Source of the DNA: Candidatus Poseidoniaceae archaeon
Lineage (GTDB): Archaea; Thermoplasmatota; Poseidoniia; Poseidoniales; Poseidoniaceae
Length of the DNA stretch: 32,000 nucleotides
NCBI GenBank assembly: GCA_943789275.1
Contig: CALSTM010000002.1
Coordinates: 480,001 to 512,000 of the forward strand
Direction of reading: 5' to 3'
The notes under the pieces are model-generated. The model saw nothing but the letters and a program-made list of their open reading frames with translations, was not told where the DNA came from and did no database searches. This document shows, piece after piece, positions 9,101 through 15,216 of this stretch. The position numbers and the translations under genes were made by a program. Positions within the stretch are counted from its first letter, which is position 1; the number at the start of each line of letters is the position of its first letter.

Positions 9101-9453
9101 TTCGTGGTCCAGCATACATCGAAGCCTTCATCATGGTTTAGTTTCAGATCAGGAGTACCCATCGTGTGATTCGGAAGGGTCGCAACGACTTCTGACATCC
9201 AATAATCCAATGCCGATTCTTCTCGAACCGTAGCGCTTGGAAGTCCATCAAAAGACAGTTCGGTTCCCGCAAAATCATGCCCATATGCGTCACTGAGCGT
9301 GACATGTGGGCTGTTCGAAGGAAGCAAAAGTTCTGCCAGTGAATCCTCATTTTCGTTCATCGGTTGAACCATTGGTGAAAAGAGGTGAATCAAAAACAGC
9401 AAGGAAAGCAGCAATGAAACCGTGGGAAAAGATCTGCTCGCTGACGCCGCCAT
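3148..9453 (-). CDS. Giant type I surface protein with a signal peptide, beta-propeller-like regions, 7 FG-GAP repeats, about 20 thrombospondin type 3 (TSP3) repeats, a TM helix and a 189-aa cytoplasmic tail
   Basis: This is a continuous 2115-codon ORF. FG-GAP motifs include FADVNADGYDD, VADFNGDGFADVAVG, DLNGDGYDDLLV, DVNGDGYDDMMF, DVNEDGYDDVLI and DVDGDGLSE. TSP3 motifs include DSDGDGFGEN, DSDGDGYGDN, DSDGDGWGDN, DFDDDGFGDN and DSDNDGVSD. The TM segment LIAAGAGIFVVLVVGILII is followed by RRR. The N-terminus MAASASRSFPTVSLLLSLLFLIHLF is signal-like. I set the start at ATG 9453; the ORF-track TTG at 9495 remains possible. Confidence 0.85.
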   Translation of the reverse strand: MAASASRSFPTVSLLLSLLFLIHLFSPMVQPMNENEDSLAELLLPSNSPHVTLSDAYGHDFAGTELSFDGLPSATVREESALDYWMSEVVATLPNHTMGTPDLKLNHDEGFDVCWTTNEGDVYVGSLDAGMASQGSFDSAWTMYLVDTVSPSNTSSLVDCALAVNENGRQYVLYADGANVKSAHIAFQNSVYSEQTWQKITVLYDVHPTGFEMVVLPEKQLEYAVFRDINGSLWEMNYSGNIWYHQLLDAGPVGQSMVLEMDADGIAHLLYTADDEVRLIRYDGSTYDRRVLLRDSNLAGHIGMGLDTDAVEQIATTSVSAGVTNLQLLRSLSGQDEGRIDPVPNDAVTASLAAEEGESSFADVNADGYDDFIYSEPDFSSFDADVGRFSVVLGSSLGLSSTVQSVVGTQAGQRLGSDISVADFNGDGFADVAVGSSGWNTSLANGLGDNGMVEIYLGNTTGIDTQSWWNQTGNAGDAFGWKIEEIPAMNGDEYADLAVVSGNYSAVIATTPSEIVHKGKISIFEGNLSGMDHLRNISQTQENTRLGQSLSGSGDLNGDGYDDLLVSNAANLDSFSGFPRVEIYLGSEFGVSGTPDQTINSNLQGKMFGFTIDYIGDVNGDGYDDMMFSELFNSTSAYQAGKMWLYHGSSAGISSSTPNWTRSGEDSNAMLGRMFKQAGDVNEDGYDDVLIMQLGATRAGKVELHLGSSIGLTANSELLATGSVQAYKGLSMSTNGDVDGDGLSEISLSVRQTSGSSFEVVHEMYSERDWESTTFTFNEELAFLELSTSSRGEASMLLSFESSQSLHFLEHVDDGTATGVWADKTLPSHASNLTSFAFGGTSSGRPLIVVTEGGNALKVHTTSSYTAVEQGILTTHQNAQFLGSALDSDGHQHIMRAADDIGGFEIYVSQEDDSGWLHTPFSTGVDLADPIQVVIDTNDTSAAVYRDSTNEQLYYLEEINGNWINTQLGDEGAAVSGDFAPIILPNGNLAVALIHAEGSNHNLTVWIYNGSNVSENVITGLTDLSSNISMEVTDTDVLMVSSLTSTGVLNVHERQLNGSTWENNSSWITVSNLAQPSGAIGTFKLDLVGGEWPAMAVRGDSTTDVLYVRNSTGHWSSFGHQPDSNAGGTWDLTVENDTYFLMTSTGQTNLLTWNSLNTAESSYHWNSLSFGDISTTDSVGLFTDSNETLHMAFKDDSAQVVKSLRLYVDTDRDLIFDLLDELPHLGNQWADSDGDGFGENAYGPMTDSCPTIDAPSSYFTYGCLDFDNDGYADADDACNDDSGDSWIDRLGCDDYDQDGWSNNNFMYFDGDVFIFNWKLASDSDGDGYGDNSGPDCCITEYDSGQPDGDLFPFNPSQYKDSDGDGWGDNSSDFTQGDACKWDYGVSFRDRKGCPDSDSDGSSDPSTVGGFEWNASLGADAWPLDPTQWADSDGDGYGDNGSEGATNPDRFPDNVAAAEDNDSDGHPDRWTDSYNVTDNSTENDGDGLVLDGCPGVFGNSTSPYPGCPDSDGDGWMDSQDKFPTEPTQWLDFDDDGFGDNPNGYQADECPTIVGILQGTSPYVDGTGIGCRFIDGTDDDGDFIPNLEDICPDTDAGLVVNSVGCADNQLDDDEDTVFNHLDLCPSTLFGDTVDADGCSDAQLLSDDDMDNVTGPADLCPNTMESERDSVDENGCSASERDSDSDGVKDADDQCPDTLPGTPVLSDGCIDESADPDGDGYFGTYIYTINETSGLRENQSGDAFASEATQWFDQDGDGYGDNLAGVEADDCPLEFGTSFIDFLGCFDDGDGYRDEFEPAGLAGNPTQWEDADYDGLGDNPNGTSPDLCPDTPYSQKDSIDENGCVLSQLDSDNDGVSDLIDNCPNDPAGSDGFADGCPKKDSSTEDTASSLMNSTTLIAAGAGIFVVLVVGILIIRRRSGDYDLDDDEDDWDDWDDDEEPLPFRNSRSAQKPQQRAAPATVRGGPTGRPSSSGPGGPPKSASSGPSSGPPGRGPRGPPRSTSGGPPSGPLRGQRTPKTAAKKVSSFADEPEPEVDTSAKVRKAKLNIDLSIFEEWQADDRESAADWVESSLADGENERTILMQLQETGWSAPQSRAIFNIGRSR
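3790..5770 (-). repeat. Array of about 20 TSP3-type calcium-binding repeats (D-x-D-x-D-G-x-x-D) within the giant protein; coordinates approximate
   Basis: The region runs from LGNQWADSDGDGFGEN (about 5770) to DSDNDGVSDLIDNCPNDP (about 3800). Periodic Cys residues flank the DxDxDG cores. Confidence 0.8.
7200..8390 (-). repeat. Seven FG-GAP repeats, the number expected for an integrin-alpha-like 7-bladed beta-propeller; coordinates approximate
   Basis: There are seven spaced D-x-N/D-x-D-G-x-x-D calcium-loop motifs. Each is preceded by an FG/LG-like segment and followed by a hydrophobic strand ending in ...LG(S/N). Confidence 0.75.
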
Positions 9454-9504
9454 ACCCTCCTGACGGCCGCCTTCCTTGAAAACGCTTCTTGACAATTGTG
9501 TTGA

Positions 9505-9523
9505 TGACCCCCGTAGGGGGTCA
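9505..9523. promoter_or_regulatory. GC-rich inverted repeat TGACCCCC-GTA-GGGGGTCA in the divergent intergenic region between the giant adhesin gene and the TPK gene
   Basis: It is a perfect 8-bp stem with a 3-nt centre. It lies 52-70 nt upstream of ATG 9453 (minus strand) and 71-89 nt upstream of ATG 9594 (plus strand). A related copy occurs at 15011-15027. The sequence is certain; the function is not. Confidence 0.4.
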
Positions 9524-9593
9524 GTTATCCGGCTGGTCGAAACCCAAGAAACAACGACGGTTGTTTTGTCAATACGAAGCGACTGGGAGTGTC

Positions 9594-10226
9594 ATGGCTG
9601 ACCCGTCGTTCCTCATTATCGCCAACGGCGAATGGCCCCCTCAAAGCATATGGGAGCCGTTGACGTCTCAGTGTTCATTCATTATAGCGTGCGATGGAGC
9701 TGCTGCACAGTGTCTTGAAAACGGAGTCGAGATGAATGTCATCATTGGAGACATGGACAGTTTATCTGAACGCGATGAAACTCAGATCCGAGGCGGAGGA
9801 AAAGCCACTTTTATTCGAAAAACGGGACAAGAGGAAAACGACCTGGCCAAGGCCATGAAATGGTCGATTGAACAAGGTGCGAAGAGCATCGACGTTTTTG
9901 GTATTGAAGGCGGTGATTTTGACCACCAGTTTGCAGCTATTCTGTCGTTATGTGAAGTGCCGTTCAATACTCGAATTCACACCTCACAATCCATTATCCA
10001 AAGAATAGAAAATAATCTATTTATCAGCGATTCTATAGAATCGAATGTTTCCTTTTCCTTGTTTGCGGTTGGGCCTGTAGAAGGCGTGAAAGTCACCGGC
10101 GCACACTGGCCGTTGACCAACCATACGCTGATGCCAGGAACTCAAGGGCTTCACAACAAATCGACGGGTGAGAGATTAGAAATCTCATGTGTATCCGGAG
10201 ACTTATTGCTCTTTTTCGACCGTTGA
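9594..10226 (+). CDS. Thiamine pyrophosphokinase (TPK)
   Basis: TPK-like blocks are present: FLIIANGEWP, IIACDGAA, IIGDMDS, QEENDLAKAM and GIEGGDFDHQFA (GD-x-DS and GG-x-x-DH motifs). ATG 9594 is preceded by GGGAG. The ORF-track start at 9489 would run through the upstream palindrome. Confidence 0.65.
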   Translation: MADPSFLIIANGEWPPQSIWEPLTSQCSFIIACDGAAAQCLENGVEMNVIIGDMDSLSERDETQIRGGGKATFIRKTGQEENDLAKAMKWSIEQGAKSIDVFGIEGGDFDHQFAAILSLCEVPFNTRIHTSQSIIQRIENNLFISDSIESNVSFSLFAVGPVEGVKVTGAHWPLTNHTLMPGTQGLHNKSTGERLEISCVSGDLLLFFDR

Positions 10227-11081
10227 AGTCGGAAGATGTCTGCGCAGCATTTCGGAATAACTGCCTTCTCCGTCCCACTGTTGAGCAATAAGGTCAATTC
10301 GTGCTTTTTCGAGGGTCATTTCCAAGCCACCCCAATCTTCGATTAAACCCAGTTTCAAGGCAGCACGAGGAGTATAACCTGGCAAAAAATTACGCCAGAG
10401 GAACGGCACTCTCCCCGGAGTAACTCGGTTTACCATACGGACAATGGAAGTGTTGCACGTGGTGAGAAGCGAGTGGTACCATTCTGGTTTTTGAGACAAT
10501 TGATTTGCTTTTTGCGCCATTCGAATCAGCATGTGTTTGTCTTTCTCTGGTGGCGTTATTGCCCGGAACATGTAGTCCTTGTTTCCACGAGCGTTCGTTC
10601 GCAGCCCGGTCATATCACTTTCGAGAGCGACCAAGAGATACAATTCATAATTCCTCCATAAGCCGTCCCATGGATGGTATCGGTGTTTGACCCGTCGTCG
10701 TGCTTCAAATGAAAACGAAAGACAGGTTCCGTCGTTGAATTCGAATGTCAAATAGGTGTGTGCAAGGCCATGCAAGGAATGAAAGTGGTCGACAATAAAC
10801 CAAATATCCTTTATTTCTTCAGTATCGACGGTCACTTCATCAATCCAAGATTCATCTCTGTCTCTTGTGGTTCGCCAGAAAAAATTACGTACATTGCGAA
10901 AGATGATTTTGGAGTCGGCGATGTCAGCAGTCGTCATCAGTTCACAGTCGGAGTTCCACTCAGCTTCAAGTTGAGGTTGTCGAGGTCGAACACGGACAAA
11001 CCACACCATGAACGAAAAAAGAACGGCAACAAGCACTGCACCTAGGGTCCATTCAATCCATGTATCCATCATGATCACCAC
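10203..11081 (-). CDS. Membrane-anchored DUF4105 / Lnb-N-like protein, last gene of the 3-gene adhesin operon
   Basis: An N-terminal TM helix is present (WIEWTLGAVLVAVLFSFMVWFV). The blocks WFIVDHFHSLHGLAHTYLTFEF, NYELYLLVALESD and WYHSLLTTCNTSIV resemble DUF4105 as I recall it. The GTG start at 11081 overlaps the upstream stop (GTGA); ATG 11072 is an alternative start. Confidence 0.5.
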   Translation of the reverse strand: MVIMMDTWIEWTLGAVLVAVLFSFMVWFVRVRPRQPQLEAEWNSDCELMTTADIADSKIIFRNVRNFFWRTTRDRDESWIDEVTVDTEEIKDIWFIVDHFHSLHGLAHTYLTFEFNDGTCLSFSFEARRRVKHRYHPWDGLWRNYELYLLVALESDMTGLRTNARGNKDYMFRAITPPEKDKHMLIRMAQKANQLSQKPEWYHSLLTTCNTSIVRMVNRVTPGRVPFLWRNFLPGYTPRAALKLGLIEDWGGLEMTLEKARIDLIAQQWDGEGSYSEMLRRHLPTSTVEKEQ

Positions 11082-12397
11082 TTATGCCAGATTCGCAGTT
11101 GTGCATCCCACCAGTCGGTGGAACCGTCTGGATGTTGGCGCCAAAGTATGCCCTCGTCATCGGTGATTGTTGGAAGTCCCCCCGTATCTGGTGAGCCATC
11201 TGGAAGAATCATTGGTGTAGGACCGAGGTCTCGGAACTGGCCGGTTGGAGATTCATCTTTTACTCGGACCAAGAGCACAAAGACAACGATACAAACAACC
11301 AATCCAAGAATGCCTATTGAAAACCATCCTACAGATTCTGTTTGGGTATCGTCCCCGAACGAGCGACTTGGGAGCGATGCGGCTTCTTCCTCCGAGAGGT
11401 CAAGTCCTGGAAGTCGCACAAGGTTAACGCCGTGTACGGTCCGAATCCTCTCATTATTGATGACCTCAAGGGTGATGAGATGAACGCCTGCGGGAAGAAC
11501 GGTACAATCGTAACTTGTACTGCTGTTCCCAACAAGGGTTGTTCCTTGGACGGTCCAAATTTTCTCAAAAGTAGAGAAATCGACATCAATCATGTTTGGG
11601 ATCATGGTGATTTGACAAGGTTCATTGGTCATGTTTTGGTTTCCGATAAGATCCAAAGAAAACACAGGGGCTGGTCTGTTGTGGATGGTGAGGTTCAACC
11701 AGAACTCTGCTGTTTGGCCCAAATCGTTCCGATATGCTTCTTTGAGCATGTATTCGCCGGCAGGCCAATGAGAACAATCCAGAACAGTTTGATTGTCGAG
11801 AACCGTAAACGGAGCACCTGAAAATGTACGCACACCTGAAGCCCCGTAACGTGGCCCGGTTTCATCATCAAAGACTCGATGAATGGAACACTCGTCGCCT
11901 GTCTCAATCCTACTTGGAGCGTCGAGGTCCAACATCAAATTTGGTGTTTGGAGTGCTGGTTTGAGGACATAGGTTGGAAGTTGTATGCTGGTGATTTTAT
12001 CGCCGGCTTGATTGATGAAATCAAGACGAAGGGTATGCTCACCGGATGACCAAGCATCGTAGACAAGGCTCGCATTCGATTGGCCGTCCAAAGCGAGGTA
12101 TTGGTCCTCTCGAACTTCCTTGTCTTTGTGTGTTCCAAACAATCGAAGTTCAATTTCCGTGAATTCTGAAGTGGTATTGAGAATAACGACGACTCGTATT
12201 GCATCGGGCTCGCCGTCTTGATTCGTGTCCATCGTATCGTTTCGTAGAGCGACCAAAGTCAAGCCTTCTTCTGCTAAAGCCTCGTCAAATGAAGTGCTTT
12301 CAGCACGTGCTTCATCCACAAAACCAAGAGGAGCCGCAAGGCATCCAAGCAAAAGCATCACGAGGAAAAACGGGAGTATTCTGTGTGAATCATTCAA
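11075..12397 (-). CDS. Type I membrane protein with 3-4 Ig-like domains and a Trp-rich cytoplasmic tail
   Basis: A signal-like N-terminus (HRILPFFLVMLLLGCLAAPLGFVDEARA) is present. The strand motif is repeated: GEHTLRLDFINQ, WPAGEYMLKEAY and LPAGVHLITLEVIN. The TM segment is WFSIGILGLVVCIVVFVLLV. I prefer TTG 12397, which sits 5 nt after AAGGAGGTGA. The ORF-track start is TTG 12436. Confidence 0.6.
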   Translation of the reverse strand: MNDSHRILPFFLVMLLLGCLAAPLGFVDEARAESTSFDEALAEEGLTLVALRNDTMDTNQDGEPDAIRVVVILNTTSEFTEIELRLFGTHKDKEVREDQYLALDGQSNASLVYDAWSSGEHTLRLDFINQAGDKITSIQLPTYVLKPALQTPNLMLDLDAPSRIETGDECSIHRVFDDETGPRYGASGVRTFSGAPFTVLDNQTVLDCSHWPAGEYMLKEAYRNDLGQTAEFWLNLTIHNRPAPVFSLDLIGNQNMTNEPCQITMIPNMIDVDFSTFEKIWTVQGTTLVGNSSTSYDCTVLPAGVHLITLEVINNERIRTVHGVNLVRLPGLDLSEEEAASLPSRSFGDDTQTESVGWFSIGILGLVVCIVVFVLLVRVKDESPTGQFRDLGPTPMILPDGSPDTGGLPTITDDEGILWRQHPDGSTDWWDAQLRIWHKW

Positions 12398-14966
12398 CGA
12401 TCTCACCTCCTTGAAGCGGTGCCGATTGTACAGCAACGGGTTCCATTCCCTCAGGCAGAGGGAGCGGAGGTAAATCTTCTAAAGGAATCATGGAAACGGG
12501 AACCGAGTCCATCGTTAAAGAGTCGAGATTAGCGGATTCCTTTGACTCAAACAAGTCGTCTTGAAGCGTCTCTTCATCACGCGCCATTCGCACGATGAGA
12601 GCGAGTGATGCTCCGAGAATGAAACCGAAGCCAATGACCAGATAGGTCAGCCAAGATGCCGCTGGATCTTCGCCAAGTATAGCCACAGCCGCTGAAAATT
12701 CGCCGTATGAATCCGACCAACCGTCACCGTTTGAATCGATGCAGCCTTGTGTATCGCGCATCGAATCGCCGGATGTTTCTGGGCAATCATCGCGTAATGC
12801 GCCCAAAGGAACATCACCAAATCCGTCGCTGTCCGTATCTCGCCATTGCAACGATTCGGTCGGGAATGAATCGGCAGCTCCGAAAGGATGAGCTTGCCAA
12901 CTTTCAGTTGGGTCTGACCAACCGTCACCATCGGTATCTCTGCAACCCAATCGGTCGAGAAGTGAGGTTCCTCGGACTTCGGGGCACGCGTCTCCTTGAT
13001 TACCGCTTACATCGTCACCAAAACCATCGCCATCGGTGTCTCTCCATTGGGTTGGTTCGTGAATGAACGCATCACCAAGGTCCGACCAGCCGTCACCGTC
13101 GGTATCAGGGCAACCCCAGCGGTCACCGCCTGAAGAAGGTCCAACCGATGTACCTGCTTGGCTTGGGCAAACATCTGCAGTTGTCCCAAGAGGATTGTCG
13201 CCGCGGCCATCACCGTCAACATCGTGCCACTGCGTGTGGTCCATTGGCCAAGCATCACCGTTTCCACCGGGACTGGCCAACCATGTATTGGTCGGGTCAG
13301 ACCAGCCGTCTTCGTCGCTGTCCGGGCAACCCCAGCGGTCAAAAGTCGATGTTCCAAGTGTGGTTCTGCAACCGTCGCCGCGGTAAGCGACACGGAGGGT
13401 CTGGCCATCGAAATATTCGAGATTGTCACCGTAGCCGTCATCGTCGGTATCGTACCACTGACTTTGGTCAAGTGGGAACGCATCAGCGAATCCGGCAGGA
13501 TGAGCAATCCAATCTTCAGTTGGGTCTGAAAAACCGTCTTGGTCAACATCTCTGCATCCAAGTCGGTCTACATAAGAAATCCATCCGGATTCGACTTCTT
13601 CAGCCGAGGAGAACACACAGACATCGCCTTCGTATCCTTCAAGATTATCGCCATAGCCATCGCCATCGGTGTCTCTGTACTGAGATGGAATGAACGGGAA
13701 GTCATCGACTTGACTTGCACCGTATGTTTGGTTATCACCCCAGCCGTCATCGTCTGAATCAAACCATTGCGTTGGATTGTCAGGGAAGTCATCAACCAAC
13801 AAAGCCCCTTCAGATTGGTTGTCACCCCAACCGTCAAAATCCCGGTCCTGCCATTGAGACGGCTCTTCAGGGAAAGCATCGGACCCATTTGCCTTGGTCC
13901 AATTCAAATCGCCATCAGAATAACCGTCGCCGTCCGAGTCGGTGCATCCGAATCGGTCACCGGTTGAAGTTCCTGTGATGAACGGGCAAGCATCAGGCAT
14001 TGAAGCATTCGAGAGCCATGTACCGATGCCCCAACCGTTTCGAGACAAGTTCCAGTTTCCATCCTCCCAGTTATCTCCAAATCCGTCATCGTCGGTATCG
14101 TTCCACTGCGTGGCATCGAGGGGGAAGGCATCACCGAAGCCAAGTGGGTGTGCGTACCATGCAGTCACTCCATCAAGCGCACCTGGGTCTTCATCCGAAT
14201 AGCCATCGCCGTCACTGTCCAAGCAGCCAAATCTGTCTTGTTGAGAATAACCTCTTCGGAAAGGACAATGGTCGCCTTGGAATCCTTCGAGATTGTCACC
14301 GAAGCCATCGTTATCACTGTCGAGCCATTGGGTGGAATCGGTCACAAAAGCATCAGCGCCGTTTTGCGGACCCCACGATGAATCAGGGTCAGACCAGCCG
14401 TCACCATCGACGTCAGTACATCCTTTCCGGTCGTTGGTGGAGGTACCTACAAGATTATCACAATCGTCTTCATTATCGATGAAACCATCTTCGTCTGTAT
14501 CACGATTGGACTTGTCGATGGAGGGGGTAAGAGTGTAGTCAAAGCCATCGTTACACCATGAGTCCTCCGATTTGATTTTCACAAAGACATACCCTGCCGT
14601 GTTGATTGAAGTAGAAAGCACCTTGGATGCCGAATTATCATCCGCAGCGGTGTCGGTGATGGTCGCACCTTGGGAATTCAAAATCGAGAAGCGCCCAGTC
14701 CAGCCATCACCTGGACACCACCATGCCGCACCGTTCATCGTACCGGAAAATGAAATTTGAACAATGTCACCTTTACGTGCTTCAATCTTCCAAAAATCAG
14801 CTTGGTCTCTTCCTGCATCGCAATCAGGATCGCAGACATAACCGTTCGACGTAACGCCATCCGTCAATGGGTTTGCACTCTGAATATTATCGTCTGCAGA
14901 AACTGGGGGCAGCATCGAAAGCATCATCGCGGCCAGCGAGATGGCCATCATCCGCTTCGCGAGCAT
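12390..14966 (-). CDS. Type I surface protein with a signal peptide, a PPC-like (pre-peptidase C-terminal type) beta-sandwich, about 18 TSP3 repeats, a TM helix and an acidic tail
   Basis: I count 18 D-x-D-x-D-G cores (DTDEDG, DVDGDG, DSDNDG ... DSNGDG) arranged as alternating C-x-D-x-D-G-D-G-W-S-D and W-x-D-x-D-x-D-G-F-G-D-N half-units. The N-terminal segment DQADFWKIEARKGDIVQISFSG...AGYVFVKIKS is PPC-like. The TM segment is WLTYLVIGFGFILGASLALIV. I set the start at ATG 14966 (MLAKRMMAISLAAMMLSML); the track TTG at 15008 remains possible. Confidence 0.85.
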   Translation of the reverse strand: MLAKRMMAISLAAMMLSMLPPVSADDNIQSANPLTDGVTSNGYVCDPDCDAGRDQADFWKIEARKGDIVQISFSGTMNGAAWWCPGDGWTGRFSILNSQGATITDTAADDNSASKVLSTSINTAGYVFVKIKSEDSWCNDGFDYTLTPSIDKSNRDTDEDGFIDNEDDCDNLVGTSTNDRKGCTDVDGDGWSDPDSSWGPQNGADAFVTDSTQWLDSDNDGFGDNLEGFQGDHCPFRRGYSQQDRFGCLDSDGDGYSDEDPGALDGVTAWYAHPLGFGDAFPLDATQWNDTDDDGFGDNWEDGNWNLSRNGWGIGTWLSNASMPDACPFITGTSTGDRFGCTDSDGDGYSDGDLNWTKANGSDAFPEEPSQWQDRDFDGWGDNQSEGALLVDDFPDNPTQWFDSDDDGWGDNQTYGASQVDDFPFIPSQYRDTDGDGYGDNLEGYEGDVCVFSSAEEVESGWISYVDRLGCRDVDQDGFSDPTEDWIAHPAGFADAFPLDQSQWYDTDDDGYGDNLEYFDGQTLRVAYRGDGCRTTLGTSTFDRWGCPDSDEDGWSDPTNTWLASPGGNGDAWPMDHTQWHDVDGDGRGDNPLGTTADVCPSQAGTSVGPSSGGDRWGCPDTDGDGWSDLGDAFIHEPTQWRDTDGDGFGDDVSGNQGDACPEVRGTSLLDRLGCRDTDGDGWSDPTESWQAHPFGAADSFPTESLQWRDTDSDGFGDVPLGALRDDCPETSGDSMRDTQGCIDSNGDGWSDSYGEFSAAVAILGEDPAASWLTYLVIGFGFILGASLALIVRMARDEETLQDDLFESKESANLDSLTMDSVPVSMIPLEDLPPLPLPEGMEPVAVQSAPLQGGEIVE
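12403..12412 (-). promoter_or_regulatory. Shine-Dalgarno site AAGGAGGTGA inside the end of the upstream gene, serving the TTG start at 12397
   Basis: The minus strand reads aaggaggtga-gatcg-TTG. The start codon overlaps the upstream stop within gTTGaaTGA (8-nt overlap), which is translational-coupling geometry. Confidence 0.6.
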
Positions 14967-15010
14967 GATTGCCCAAGTGGCGGTGTGCCTATGAACACCG
15001 CGCTCCAATC

Positions 15011-15027
15011 AACACCCGTAGGGTGTT
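15011..15027. promoter_or_regulatory. Inverted repeat AACACCC-GTA-GGGTGTT upstream of the PPC+TSP3 gene
   Basis: It has a 7-bp stem and the same CCCGTAGGG core and GTA centre as 9505-9523. It lies 45-61 nt upstream of ATG 14966. Confidence 0.4.
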
Positions 15028-15216
15028 CGGTTCGAGAGGGCAAAATCAATTCCTTCTCACAAACATGGGTTTCATCATCGAAGACATTTCTGAATCAGCT
15101 CCGATGCTGTGCTTGGTTGACCTGTCGCCTCATCCGGATTTGAGGCAACATTGTTGTTCGTTTTCGCTGACGGTGGGAAGATGAGTAGGGTTTTTTTATG
15201 GCCACATGAGAACAAA

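Noticed and set aside
9505-9523. GC-rich hairpins (also 15011-15027) read as intrinsic transcription terminators
   Set aside because: Neither hairpin is followed by a T/U tract on either strand. Both lie upstream of gene starts rather than after stops, so an operator or 5'-UTR role is more plausible.
9454-9593. Possible TPP riboswitch upstream of the thiamine pyrophosphokinase gene
   Set aside because: The region lacks the conserved CUGAGA and ACCUGAUCUGGAUAAUGCCAGCG-type core elements. The only strong structure is the simple 8-bp GC hairpin.
9489-9593. N-terminal extensions given by the ORF track (9489, 15008, 16530, 18358, 23231, 27367, 12436, 313)
   Set aside because: All use TTG/GTG-type codons. 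Several overlap a neighbouring gene or a palindrome. Internal ATG or Shine-Dalgarno-supported starts give proper signal peptides or conserved N-termini. The true starts remain somewhat uncertain.
12647-14538. Dense set of 60-180-aa ORFs in all frames within the TSP3 gene, and similar ones within 3327-5700
   Set aside because: The periodic GAY/GGN-rich repeat coding sequence keeps alternative frames open. Only the long minus-strand frames give coherent D-x-D-x-D-G repeats.
15065-15184. 39-codon ORF in the 250-nt gap considered as a real gene
   Set aside because: It has no Shine-Dalgarno site, no recognisable motif and no comparative data. It is kept only as a note within the intergenic-region finding.
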